DNA of 64,000 nt from Candidatus Eiseniibacteriota bacterium (GTDB lineage Bacteria; Eisenbacteria; RBG-16-71-46), in assembly GCA_044223005.1 (NCBI GenBank), contig JBGAML010000009.1:1-64000 (forward strand). Direction: 5' to 3'. Made by a program: the position numbers and the translations under genes. Under the pieces are notes generated by a model that did no database searches, had not been told where the DNA came from, and worked only from the letters and a program-made list of their open reading frames with translations. Shown here in pieces: positions 40,044 to 48,911 of the stretch. Position 1 is the stretch's first letter; the number at the start of each line of letters is the position of its first letter.

Positions 40044-41270
40044 TCAGCGGCGGCGCGTCTCGCGGACGGGCGCGAGCCCGCCCAGGAACGCGACGAACGC
40101 GAGCGCCAGCGCGAGCCACGCGATCGGCAGGGCCGGCCTCGTGCGCAGGTCGAGCATCACGACGTGCGCGGTCGAGGCGTTGGCGAGCTGCGGCAGCATC
40201 AGCCCGACGCGGCCGTTGTCGGCGTCGAACGCGGCCGCGGCGATGGGGCCGAAGCCCTTCGCCGTCGCGGCGAACGGGAGTTCGCCCGTGGCCGTCGCGA
40301 TCATGCCGGGCGAGACTTTCTCGATCCCGGCGGCCGTCTTCACCTCGAGGTCGGCGTACATGCGGATCGAGTCGGTCTGCTCGATCCGGAAGCCGACGAA
40401 CGTGACCGTCGCGCCGGGGGCCTCGAGCGATTCCTTCTTCTTCAGCCACTGGAGCTCGTGCGGATTCTGCCGGCGCAGCTGCATGGCGAGCGGCACCAGC
40501 ACGGGGCCCGAGAAGGGCCGCGCGTCCGCGATCGATTCCAGTTCCCGGCCCGGCACGCCCACGAGCTGGACCTGCATCGGCACGGTGTCGCGGCCCGCGG
40601 CCACGCGGACGTGCATCACCACGTGCGCGCTGTCGGCCTGCTCCACCTTCGCGAGCGCGAGGTGGTGCCCGAGCGTGTCGGCGGGCGTGTCCTCGGTGAT
40701 GCCGATGGCCGTCGCGCGCGGCCCCGTGAGCGCGAGCATCACGCACACGGCGAACGCGCCCATCGCGCACGCCTGCGCGAGCAGGGGCATCTGCCCCGGG
40801 CGGCGGCTGGCGCGGAACGCCAGCGTGATCGCGGTGCCGAGCACGAGCCCGCCGAGCGCGACGCCGGCGAGCGCCATGGGGGCGCGCACGCGCGTGAAGA
40901 ACGTGACCGCGCCGAGCAGGCCGGCGAGCGTGACGCCGGGCAGCAGCGCGCCGATCGCGCCCAGTGGCGCGAGCCGCAACGCGCTCCACGCCGGCAGCAG
41001 CGCGACGCAGGCCGCGACGGCGGCGATCAGCGCCGACAGGACGCGCGGATCCTCGCTCGAGCCGTCGCGATGCACGATCGCCGAGCGCAGGGGGAGGAGC
41101 GAGGGGAACGCGATCGACGCGAGCAGCACGCCGGCGCCCAGGATGAGGAACAGCGAACCGATGCGCCGGGGGCCGCGGCGGCTTTCGCCGGCACCCACCG
41201 CCAGGAAGATGGCGGCGAGCGCGAACAACGCCCAGGTGAGCGGGTCGATCCAGTCGAGTGTGGGTTTCAT
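40044..41270 (-). CDS. Polytopic membrane protein resembling the C-terminal half of CcmF
   Basis: Several TM helices, periplasmic beta region, terminal LRTRPALPIAWLALAL...GG like CcmF_C; no WWD motif; GAGG RBS. Confidence 0.5.
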   Translation of the reverse strand: MKPTLDWIDPLTWALFALAAIFLAVGAGESRRGPRRIGSLFLILGAGVLLASIAFPSLLPLRSAIVHRDGSSEDPRVLSALIAAVAACVALLPAWSALRLAPLGAIGALLPGVTLAGLLGAVTFFTRVRAPMALAGVALGGLVLGTAITLAFRASRRPGQMPLLAQACAMGAFAVCVMLALTGPRATAIGITEDTPADTLGHHLALAKVEQADSAHVVMHVRVAAGRDTVPMQVQLVGVPGRELESIADARPFSGPVLVPLAMQLRRQNPHELQWLKKKESLEAPGATVTFVGFRIEQTDSIRMYADLEVKTAAGIEKVSPGMIATATGELPFAATAKGFGPIAAAAFDADNGRVGLMLPQLANASTAHVVMLDLRTRPALPIAWLALALAFVAFLGGLAPVRETRRR

Positions 41271-41592
41271 GGGTGACCTCCGCGGCCGGGAAGAGCCAGT
41301 TCCATGCCGTTGCAGCCGGTGAGCGATACGCCCCCGGGCGCGTTCCCGCAAGCTCGCTCGGGCCGCCGGGGCGGCTCGCTTCCTTCGCATTGGCCGTCAT
41401 TTCCGGCGCTCGGCCGCCGGGGTCAGAGGACCGTCAGTATGTCAGGAGAAGGTCGCCCATCCTGCCGCTCTGGCAGCATTCTCCATCGGGACGAATCTAT
41501 TTCGGCAATACGTCAAGTTGCGGTGGCGTCGCAACGGACTGGACCCCAAGGCGTTATCCAACCGGTTCTCCGTAGTACTACGGAGATCCGGC

Positions 41593-41608
41593 TGGCACGC
41601 GGGTTGTA
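41593..41608 (+). promoter_or_regulatory. Possible sigma54 (-24/-12) promoter of the cytochrome operon
   Basis: TGGCAC-N5-TTGTA (consensus TGGCAC-N5-TTGCW, one mismatch) about 72 nt before ATG 41681. Confidence 0.4.
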
Positions 41609-41680
41609 TTGTTCTTTCACGAACAACCCCGTGACAGTAGGCTCTCGTCACGGTTCGAGCAGCCGAATCGGGAGGCAACC

Positions 41681-42700
41681 ATGGCCCTTCAGCGCAGGAA
41701 TCCCGGAGTCGCGGCGACCCGCCGCCGCTTGCCGGTATTCGCGCTTTTCGGCTGCCTCCTCGCCGCGGTGACGCTCCCGGTCACGGTGCGCGGCTCCGCC
41801 GACACGACCTCGACGGCCGACGACGCCGTGCAGGTCGACTCGGCCCTGGTCCAGGACGTCGCCAACGGCGGGGGGCCGTTCGAGCAGCCCTGCGGCGTCA
41901 CATTCGACCGCGCGGCCAACGAGATCGTCGTCGCGAACACGGGCGCCGGCCGGATCGAGTTCTTCGGCAAGGACGGCCAGCCGCACGGGTTCTTCGTGCA
42001 CCGCGTCGTCGATTCGCTCGGCGTCGAGCGCGACGGCCTGCCGCGCCACGTCGTGATGGACGCGCACGGCCGCCTGCTCGTCGTGGACGCGTACGCGGCG
42101 TACATCGACGTGTGCGATTTCCGCGGCCAGAGCCTCGCGCGCATCGCGCTCCCGGCGCCCGACAACACGGCGCTCAACGGTTTCGGCCCCGGCCCCATCG
42201 CGGTCGCGCCCGACGGCCGGATCATCGTCGCCTCGCGCCACAAGACGGGGCCCATCCACGTGCTCGACGCCGATGGCAAGCCGCTCGCGCAGTGGGGCAC
42301 CGCCGGCACCGAGCCCGGGCAGCTGCGCGCCGTCTCGGGCGTCGCGGTCGCGCCGAACGGCGAGATCGTCGTCGTGTGCGTGCTGACCGAAATCGCCGTG
42401 CAGATCTTCGATGCGAACGGAAAGTACCTGCGGGGCTTTGGCCCGCATGACATCGGACCGGGGCGGTTCTCGGTCCCGAACGGCATCACCATCACGCCGG
42501 ATTCCCGCATCTGGGTCTCCGACATGATGCGGCACAACGTTCAGGTGTTCGATCCAACCGGGAAGCTGGTGGGGGTCGTGGGTGGTGCGGAAGGCCCCGG
42601 TGATCTGTTCTACCCGAGCGCCCTGGCGAGCGATGGCAGTGGGATGTTCGCCACTGTCGAGACGGGCGGGAATCTGTTGCGGTTGTTGTGGATTCGCTGA
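41681..42700 (+). CDS. Secreted NHL-repeat beta-propeller
   Basis: GGAGG RBS; FEQPCGVTFD, WGTAGTEPGQL, PGRFSVPNGI, LFYPSALA. Confidence 0.9.
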   Translation: MALQRRNPGVAATRRRLPVFALFGCLLAAVTLPVTVRGSADTTSTADDAVQVDSALVQDVANGGGPFEQPCGVTFDRAANEIVVANTGAGRIEFFGKDGQPHGFFVHRVVDSLGVERDGLPRHVVMDAHGRLLVVDAYAAYIDVCDFRGQSLARIALPAPDNTALNGFGPGPIAVAPDGRIIVASRHKTGPIHVLDADGKPLAQWGTAGTEPGQLRAVSGVAVAPNGEIVVVCVLTEIAVQIFDANGKYLRGFGPHDIGPGRFSVPNGITITPDSRIWVSDMMRHNVQVFDPTGKLVGVVGGAEGPGDLFYPSALASDGSGMFATVETGGNLLRLLWIR

Positions 42701-42810
42701 CCGCCAGGACGTGGGCTGGACCCGAAGGAGGTGACATCTCTCGTCGTAGTACCAGAACCACCGAGTAGTTCTTCCACCGAATCCCTTCCAAACGATATTC
42801 GAGGTGAACC

Positions 42811-43860
42811 ATGAAACGCCTGACCATCCTCCTGACCGCCGTGATGCTGTCTGGGGCGGCGGCGTTGGCCGTCGCGGGTGATTTCCACTTCGGCACGACG
42901 CTCGTCTGTTCGGACTGCCACGTGGCCCACTACAGCCAGCAGCACGGCTACTCCGTCGGCGGCTTCGTCGTGCCGATGGGCGGCGCCGGTCCGTACACCG
43001 ACCTGCTCCGTGACGATGAGAACAAGGTCTGCCTGACGTGCCACAACGGCTCGTCGTTCGCGCCGGACGTGTTCGGCGCCGACGGAAGCGGCTCCGGCAT
43101 CCTGCGCGAAGCGGGCGGCCTGAACGTCGCGGCCGGCCACGGCCTCACCAACGACGCGGGCTACGACGACATCAACGGCCACACGCTCTACTCGATGGCG
43201 ACGCCTCCGGGCGGCAACACGAGCGCGTACGTGCCGAACGCCGAAGGCCTCCGTTGCATCGACTGCCACGCGCAGCACGGCACGGCGAACTACCGCAACC
43301 TGCTCAACCGCGGCATCTTCGCGGGCGACACGGTCTCCTACGCGGTCGGCACCAACGACCTCACGAAGGACGTGTTCGAGCGTTCGGCGGCGGCGTATGC
43401 CGAGGCCGACGTGGACTTCAACGAGCCCAACACCCGCCAGAGCCGTTATGGCCAGTGGTGCAAGGCCTGCCACAAGGACTTCCACGGCCAGGGCGGCGAC
43501 GTGAACATGGGCGGCCAGGCCGGCGGCGTCACGTCGACCAATGCCAACCCGTGGAAGCGTCACCCGGTCGCCGACGTCAACATCGGCGAGTCCGGCCCGA
43601 CCGCGACGTTCATCTCCAACCTCGCGCGCTACACGGCCGTCACCAACAAGGTGAAGGTCATGAGCTCGACGGGCACGTGGGTCGGCAACGAGACGGTGCT
43701 CACGCCGTCGTGCTTCTCGTGCCACAAGGCTCACGGCAACAAGAACGCCTTCGGCCTGATCTACATGAAGGGCGCGACGCCCGCGGGAACGCGGACCGAG
43801 GAAGGCGACGGCGGCGTGTACAAGGACCTGTGCCGTCAGTGCCACAGCCAGGGTGCCTGA
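42811..43860 (+). CDS. OmcS-like hexaheme cytochrome c (candidate nanowire subunit)
   Basis: Signal peptide; FHFGTTLVCSDCHVAH, CLTCH, PPGG...LRCIDCHAQHG, WCKACHKDFH...RHP, CFSCHKAH, LCRQCH at the C-terminus. Confidence 0.85.
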   Translation: MKRLTILLTAVMLSGAAALAVAGDFHFGTTLVCSDCHVAHYSQQHGYSVGGFVVPMGGAGPYTDLLRDDENKVCLTCHNGSSFAPDVFGADGSGSGILREAGGLNVAAGHGLTNDAGYDDINGHTLYSMATPPGGNTSAYVPNAEGLRCIDCHAQHGTANYRNLLNRGIFAGDTVSYAVGTNDLTKDVFERSAAAYAEADVDFNEPNTRQSRYGQWCKACHKDFHGQGGDVNMGGQAGGVTSTNANPWKRHPVADVNIGESGPTATFISNLARYTAVTNKVKVMSSTGTWVGNETVLTPSCFSCHKAHGNKNAFGLIYMKGATPAGTRTEEGDGGVYKDLCRQCHSQGA

Positions 43861-43905
43861 TCGGACCTGACGCGAACTGACCGCTCCTCCGGGAGAGGTC
43901 GGATG

Positions 43906-43938
43906 GGGGCGGCACGGATCACCGATCCGTGCCGCCCC
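43906..43938 (+). terminator. Perfect 15-bp hairpin after the OmcS-like gene (stabiliser or partial terminator)
   Basis: GGGGCGGCACGGATC-ACC-GATCCGTGCCGCCCC; no U-tract. Confidence 0.6.
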
Positions 43939-44027
43939 GTCGCGGCTCGAGCGATACAGTACGATTCGATGGGCCGATCGATGTAGGCAACCTGCTGCAC
44001 CAAATTGAAGAGAAGAAAGGACCCTCC

Positions 44028-45485
44028 GTGATCGAGTCGCCTCTCCATCCAGGCCTCGCGTCCGCAAGGTTCCCGGCGCGCTCGCGCATCGTCCCCACTC
44101 TTGCACGCGTGGTTCTGCTCACCGCCCTGGTGCTGGGCGCCGCCTCCGCGGCCCCGCGGGGGCTCCGCGTGCCCCGCGATTCCGACGCCATCCGCAAGGC
44201 GCTCGCGGTGGGACCGCACGCCGGCGACTGCGAGCAGTGCCACACGCAGCACGGCGACGAGCAGATCGACACGTATCCCAACGCGCTGACGAGCCCCAAC
44301 GACAACGCGCTCTGCGCGCGCTGCCACGCGACGCCGTGGAGCGGCGAGAGCTTCGGCGGCGATCCGCTCTATCGCGGCACCGGTCACGGCTCGAGCACAC
44401 GCATGGTCTGGCCGGGGCCCGAGCCGCCGATGCGGGTCGAGTTCGACGCGGCCACGAAGTGCGTCAACTGCCACGATCCGCACGGGTGGAGCGACGCCCA
44501 GGGCGAAGTGCCGCAACTCGGCCTGCAGCGCGAGGAGAAGCTCTGCCTCGGGTGCCACGACGGCAATCCCGCGGGGACCGACATCGCCGCGGACCTGCGC
44601 AAGCCCTACCGCCACCCGGTCACCGACTTCACGGGCCGCCATACGGGGCCCAACGAGACGCAGCCGTCCGACTTCGGGGCGGTACCGCTCGCGAATCGCC
44701 ACTCCGAATGCGAGGACTGCCACAATCCGCACGTCTCGCGCGCCGACCAGTCGATCCCGAACGCGGACGCCTCCAAGCTCGTGCTGGGCGTCAGCCGCGT
44801 CTCGGTGCTCAACGGACCGGCGGGCACGCCGCCCGTCTACACGTTCATCCCCGCGTCCGATACGCTCACCGCGCCGAACGCCGAGTACCAGCTCTGCTTC
44901 AAGTGCCATTCCGCGTGGACGACGCAGCCCTCCGGGCAGACCGATCTCGGCATGGTGCTCAATCCGGCCAATCCGTCCTACCACCCGGTCGAGGACGTGG
45001 GCCGCAACCCGAACATCGCGCCCGAGTCGTTCGCGCCCGGCTGGAACGCGAACTCGATCACGCGCTGCGGCTCGTGCCACGGCTCGGACTTCGGCGGTGC
45101 CGCGGGCCCGCACGGATCCACGAACCAGTACCTGCTGCGCGCGCCCTACCCGGTCGTGCTCGCCTCGCGACACATGAGCTCGAACGAGATCTGCTTCTCG
45201 TGCCACAACGTCGACACTTACGCGAACCCGAGCGCGCTGCCGTCCGTGCGCGCGGGGTCGCGCTTCAATGCGCCGGGGGCGGCGCACGGGCACGCCGAGC
45301 ACGTCTACCAGGACAACGTGCCGTGCAATGTCTGCCACGTGACGCACGGTTCGACCACGCAGCCGTTCCTGCTCGTGACGGGCCGCACGCCGGGCATCAC
45401 CTCGTACACGCAGACGCCGACGGGAGGGACGTGCACGACGACGTGTCACTCCGCGGCGAGCTACACGGTCCTCTATGCGCGCTGA
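44028..45485 (+). CDS. Multiheme cytochrome c (9 CxxCH + 1 CxxxCH)
   Basis: CEQCH, CARCH, CVNCH, CLGCH, CEDCH, CFKCH, CGSCH, CFSCH, CNVCH, CTTTCH; GTG start after AAAGGA (start uncertain). Confidence 0.88.
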   Translation: MIESPLHPGLASARFPARSRIVPTLARVVLLTALVLGAASAAPRGLRVPRDSDAIRKALAVGPHAGDCEQCHTQHGDEQIDTYPNALTSPNDNALCARCHATPWSGESFGGDPLYRGTGHGSSTRMVWPGPEPPMRVEFDAATKCVNCHDPHGWSDAQGEVPQLGLQREEKLCLGCHDGNPAGTDIAADLRKPYRHPVTDFTGRHTGPNETQPSDFGAVPLANRHSECEDCHNPHVSRADQSIPNADASKLVLGVSRVSVLNGPAGTPPVYTFIPASDTLTAPNAEYQLCFKCHSAWTTQPSGQTDLGMVLNPANPSYHPVEDVGRNPNIAPESFAPGWNANSITRCGSCHGSDFGGAAGPHGSTNQYLLRAPYPVVLASRHMSSNEICFSCHNVDTYANPSALPSVRAGSRFNAPGAAHGHAEHVYQDNVPCNVCHVTHGSTTQPFLLVTGRTPGITSYTQTPTGGTCTTTCHSAASYTVLYAR

Positions 45486-47202
45486 CCGCACGCTGCCGGC
45501 GGCGCTCCGCGCGAGCGCGACGATCGCGGCCCTGCTGTGCGGGTTCGCGGCCGCCGCGCGCGCCGAGGGCGTCTACGGCACCGTGCAGGTGCAGTACCAG
45601 AAGGCGGACATCTTCCAGACGCTTCTGGTGGGGGACAGCCTCACGTACACGCAGAAGAACAGCAGCGAGCTCTGGGTGAAGTCGGTCGACATGCACCACC
45701 AGGACTACCTCCGGCCCGACCTCATGCTGGAGTCCAACTTCCGCTTCTCCGACCAGTCGCGCCCCGACAACGGCACGCTGCAGCGCACGCCCTACGGCAG
45801 CATGCGGCTGCTGCACCCTTGGTTCCAGGTGCTGCTCTCGCACCAGCCCTCGATGCAGCGCGCGTCGCTCTCGGCGCAGAGCGGGCTCAACCCCGACTCG
45901 CTCACGCGGCGCAACGTGACCACGCACAACACCGAGTCGATGCTGAACGGTCACATCGGCGTCCCGCGCTGGCCGCAGCTCGACCTCGCGTGGACGCGCC
46001 GACGCCGCGACGGCGCCGGCGCGTCGGGCGAGCGCAACGACGCCCGCAGCGTCCGCGCGACGTTCGACCGCGAGCGCTACTCCGCGTACGGCGGCGTGAC
46101 CGACCAGCGCGTGTCGGCGGGCACGCCGGGCACCCACCCGAGCTCGCAGCAGGTTTGGAACGGCGGTGCGAGCGTTCGCGTGACGCCCATGCGCGCCGCG
46201 TCGCTGACCGCGCAGTACGACATGACCGACGTGACCGGGCGGACGTTCCAGGGGCCCCGCCCGCAGACGATCAGCCACTCCGCCACCGTGACCGGCGACT
46301 GGCGGCCGGCGCCGCGCTGGTCGACGAACCTCAACTACGCGTTCCGTCACGTGGACTTCGGCATCGTCGGCAACCCGCCGCAGAACGATCACGAGGGCTC
46401 GCTGCTCGAGCGCTGGAACTGGTCCAAGGCGGCGAGCCTGCTGGGCGGTGGCGGCCTGCACACGGTGCGCCTGACCAACGCCGGCGGCGGCACGACGCCC
46501 CGGCTCCAGGAGTACCTGACGGCCGTCGCGCTGCTCGACGCCCGCGTGCGTCCGCACTGGACTGTCGCCGGCAGCCTGAGCCACACGACCAACTTCGACC
46601 CCGACCGCTCTCCCTACGGCGTCCAGACCCTCGGCGGAACGACCCGGGCGCAGCTCTCGCGCCGGCTCCAGTTCGACGCCACGATGCAGCTCTCCCAGAA
46701 CGGGGACACCGCCTCGGCCTCGCAGCGGTTCTCGAACTCCTGGGCCGCGCGCCTGCAGGGGCAGGCGTTGCGGAACCTGATGCTGGCCGGATCCCTGCGG
46801 AGCACCCGCATCGGGACCGGTCTCTTCCGCGCCACGAGCGTCACGCGCGGGATCGCGGGCGACCTCAACTGGCGCCCGGTGCCCACGCTGCAACTCGTCG
46901 GAAGTTATGCTAGGAACACCATCCTGCCGGCCTCGACGGGCCGGAATTCCAGCCGCTCGCTGTCGGCCCGCTTCGAGCCGACCAGCCACTGGCAATGGTA
47001 CGGTAGTTGGACCCGTACCGATCAGCGGGTGTTCGCGAGCGCTGCGGGACAGCTTTCGAGCCGGGAGGTCGTCTCGACCCGGTTGCAGTACGCGCCGAGC
47101 CGCCGGTTGGCGGCCAGCGTGGGCACCACGATCAGCGAGCCCGGCCGGTCCGACGAATCGCGGCAGCTGGATGCGGCCCTCACCTGGAGCTTCGGACGAT
47201 GA
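45475..47202 (+). CDS. Outer-membrane beta-barrel protein
   Basis: Signal peptide; amphipathic alternating strands throughout; C-terminal LDAALTWSFGR. Confidence 0.75.
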   Translation: MRADRTLPAALRASATIAALLCGFAAAARAEGVYGTVQVQYQKADIFQTLLVGDSLTYTQKNSSELWVKSVDMHHQDYLRPDLMLESNFRFSDQSRPDNGTLQRTPYGSMRLLHPWFQVLLSHQPSMQRASLSAQSGLNPDSLTRRNVTTHNTESMLNGHIGVPRWPQLDLAWTRRRRDGAGASGERNDARSVRATFDRERYSAYGGVTDQRVSAGTPGTHPSSQQVWNGGASVRVTPMRAASLTAQYDMTDVTGRTFQGPRPQTISHSATVTGDWRPAPRWSTNLNYAFRHVDFGIVGNPPQNDHEGSLLERWNWSKAASLLGGGGLHTVRLTNAGGGTTPRLQEYLTAVALLDARVRPHWTVAGSLSHTTNFDPDRSPYGVQTLGGTTRAQLSRRLQFDATMQLSQNGDTASASQRFSNSWAARLQGQALRNLMLAGSLRSTRIGTGLFRATSVTRGIAGDLNWRPVPTLQLVGSYARNTILPASTGRNSSRSLSARFEPTSHWQWYGSWTRTDQRVFASAAGQLSSREVVSTRLQYAPSRRLAASVGTTISEPGRSDESRQLDAALTWSFGR

Positions 47203-47801
47203 GTCTCTCGCAGCCCTTACTCGGTCCCGCACGTTTCGGCGCGTTGGTCGCACTCGCCGCCGTCCTCGCGGGCTGCGCGCCGTCCCCCCGGCTGTTCGTC
47301 AACCGGCAGGCCGACATGACCCTCTACAAGAAGGTGATCGTCGTGCCGTTCGCCAACATGAGCGGGGAGGGATACGCGTCGGGCCGCGTGACGCGCGCGT
47401 TCTCGACCGAGCTCGTGATCGCCGACCGCTTCCAGCTCGTGGACACGTCGCTCCTGCTCGGCGAACTCGAGAAGGCGAGCGTGCGCCCGGACGCGACGGG
47501 ACAGATCGACCTCAACAAGCTCCGCGATGCCGCGACCAAGCTCGAGGCGACCGCGATCATCCGCGGCGTCGTCACCGAGTACGGCACGCACCGGGCCGGC
47601 CAGGACGAGTTCCCGGTCGTGAGCTTCGACTGCGAGATGGTCGACGTGCAGACGGGCATCATCATCTGGCGCATGTCGATCAGCGAGTCCGGCAAGGGCC
47701 GGCTCCCGATCGTGGGCGGTTCGGGCGAGCGCACGTTCTCGCGCGTCACCGAGGAGGCCTGCCAGCACGCCGTGGCGCTGCTGCGGGCGAAGATCCTGTG
47801 A
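47199..47801 (+). CDS. CsgG/GNA1162(DUF799)-like lipoprotein
   Basis: Lipobox LAG-C; KKVIVVPFANMSG, IIRGVVTEYG, MVDVQTGIIIW; ATGA overlap. Confidence 0.75.
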   Translation: MSLSQPLLGPARFGALVALAAVLAGCAPSPRLFVNRQADMTLYKKVIVVPFANMSGEGYASGRVTRAFSTELVIADRFQLVDTSLLLGELEKASVRPDATGQIDLNKLRDAATKLEATAIIRGVVTEYGTHRAGQDEFPVVSFDCEMVDVQTGIIIWRMSISESGKGRLPIVGGSGERTFSRVTEEACQHAVALLRAKIL

Positions 47802-48400
47802 TTCGCGGCCGCCGACTCCTCGCGGCCTTCGCGCTGCTCGTGCTCGCAATCGCGGGCTCGGGCTGCGCCGCCGGCGCGTCCCACGTGGCCCCGAACGCCA
47901 CCGGCGCCCGCGACGTGATCGTCGTGCTGCCGCTCGAGAACCTCTCGGGCCGCGCCGAATACGGCGAGCGCTTCTCGCGCATGACCTGGACCACGGTTGG
48001 CCAGGACAGCCGGTTCGAGGTGGTGGATCCGGGGCAGGTGGACGCGACGCTCGTCGAGCTGCGCATCCGCTCCGCCGGCGCGCTCACCACCGACCAGATC
48101 ACTCGCGCCGCCGCCAAGCTGCACGCGCGCTGGGTGCTGGCCGGCACGCTGCTCGAATCGGGCTCTTCGCGCACGCCGGACGGCGAGGTGCCCACGTTCT
48201 CGCTGGCGCTGCGCCTGCTCGACGGGCGCACCGGCCGCGTCGCGTGGACCGACCTGCGCGCGCGCAGCGGCGAGGACCGCGAAACCGTCTTCGGCTGGGG
48301 ACGTGAGAGCAATCTCGAGCGTCTCGCCCAGTCGACGATTCAGACGTTGGTGCAGAACATCCGAATCCCCGCGACCCCCGACTCCCTCGAGGGAAAGTAG
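47798..48400 (+). CDS. Second CsgG/GNA1162-like lipoprotein
   Basis: GSG-C lipobox; VVLPLENLSG, LAGTLLE, LRLLDGRTGRVAW; GTGA overlap. Confidence 0.75.
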   Translation: MIRGRRLLAAFALLVLAIAGSGCAAGASHVAPNATGARDVIVVLPLENLSGRAEYGERFSRMTWTTVGQDSRFEVVDPGQVDATLVELRIRSAGALTTDQITRAAAKLHARWVLAGTLLESGSSRTPDGEVPTFSLALRLLDGRTGRVAWTDLRARSGEDRETVFGWGRESNLERLAQSTIQTLVQNIRIPATPDSLEGK

Positions 48401-48404
48401 CCAT

Positions 48405-48911
48405 ATGAACTTCCGACGCGTCGTCCTCGCCAGTCTCGTCGTTCTCGCACTCCCGCTCGCCGCCCGCGCCGCCGCGCCCGCCGCACCCGCGCCCGCGACC
48501 AGCGCCGCACCGGCGCAGCTCAAGAGCGTGACGCTGCACATCTTCAACCGCGTCTTCCCGGACTTCCACGACAAGGTCGAGGCCGTGCCGAACAAGGAGT
48601 TCCGCGTCGGCGACAGCGAGTACACCGCCAAGATCGTGCGCTTCGTGCCGGACTTCGACATGGACATCAAGGCGCACAAGGTCGTGAGCCGCTCCGGTGA
48701 GCCGCGCAACCCGGCCTTCCGCATCGCGGTCAAGAAGAACGGCGCGTCGATCGACACGAGCTGGGCGTTCTTCAACCTGCCGCCGCACTTCGGACCCCGC
48801 AACGTGCTCGCGTTCGTGGCGACCAACATCACGTTCACCAACCGGCCCGCCATGGCGAGCAAGGATTCGCTGGCGATCAAGATCCAGCAGCACGAGGGAG
48901 CGACGCATTGA
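48405..48911 (+). CDS. Secreted DUF2155-like protein
   Basis: Signal peptide; FVPDF...SRSGEPRNPAFRIAV...WAFFNLPPH. Confidence 0.6.
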   Translation: MNFRRVVLASLVVLALPLAARAAAPAAPAPATSAAPAQLKSVTLHIFNRVFPDFHDKVEAVPNKEFRVGDSEYTAKIVRFVPDFDMDIKAHKVVSRSGEPRNPAFRIAVKKNGASIDTSWAFFNLPPHFGPRNVLAFVATNITFTNRPAMASKDSLAIKIQQHEGATH

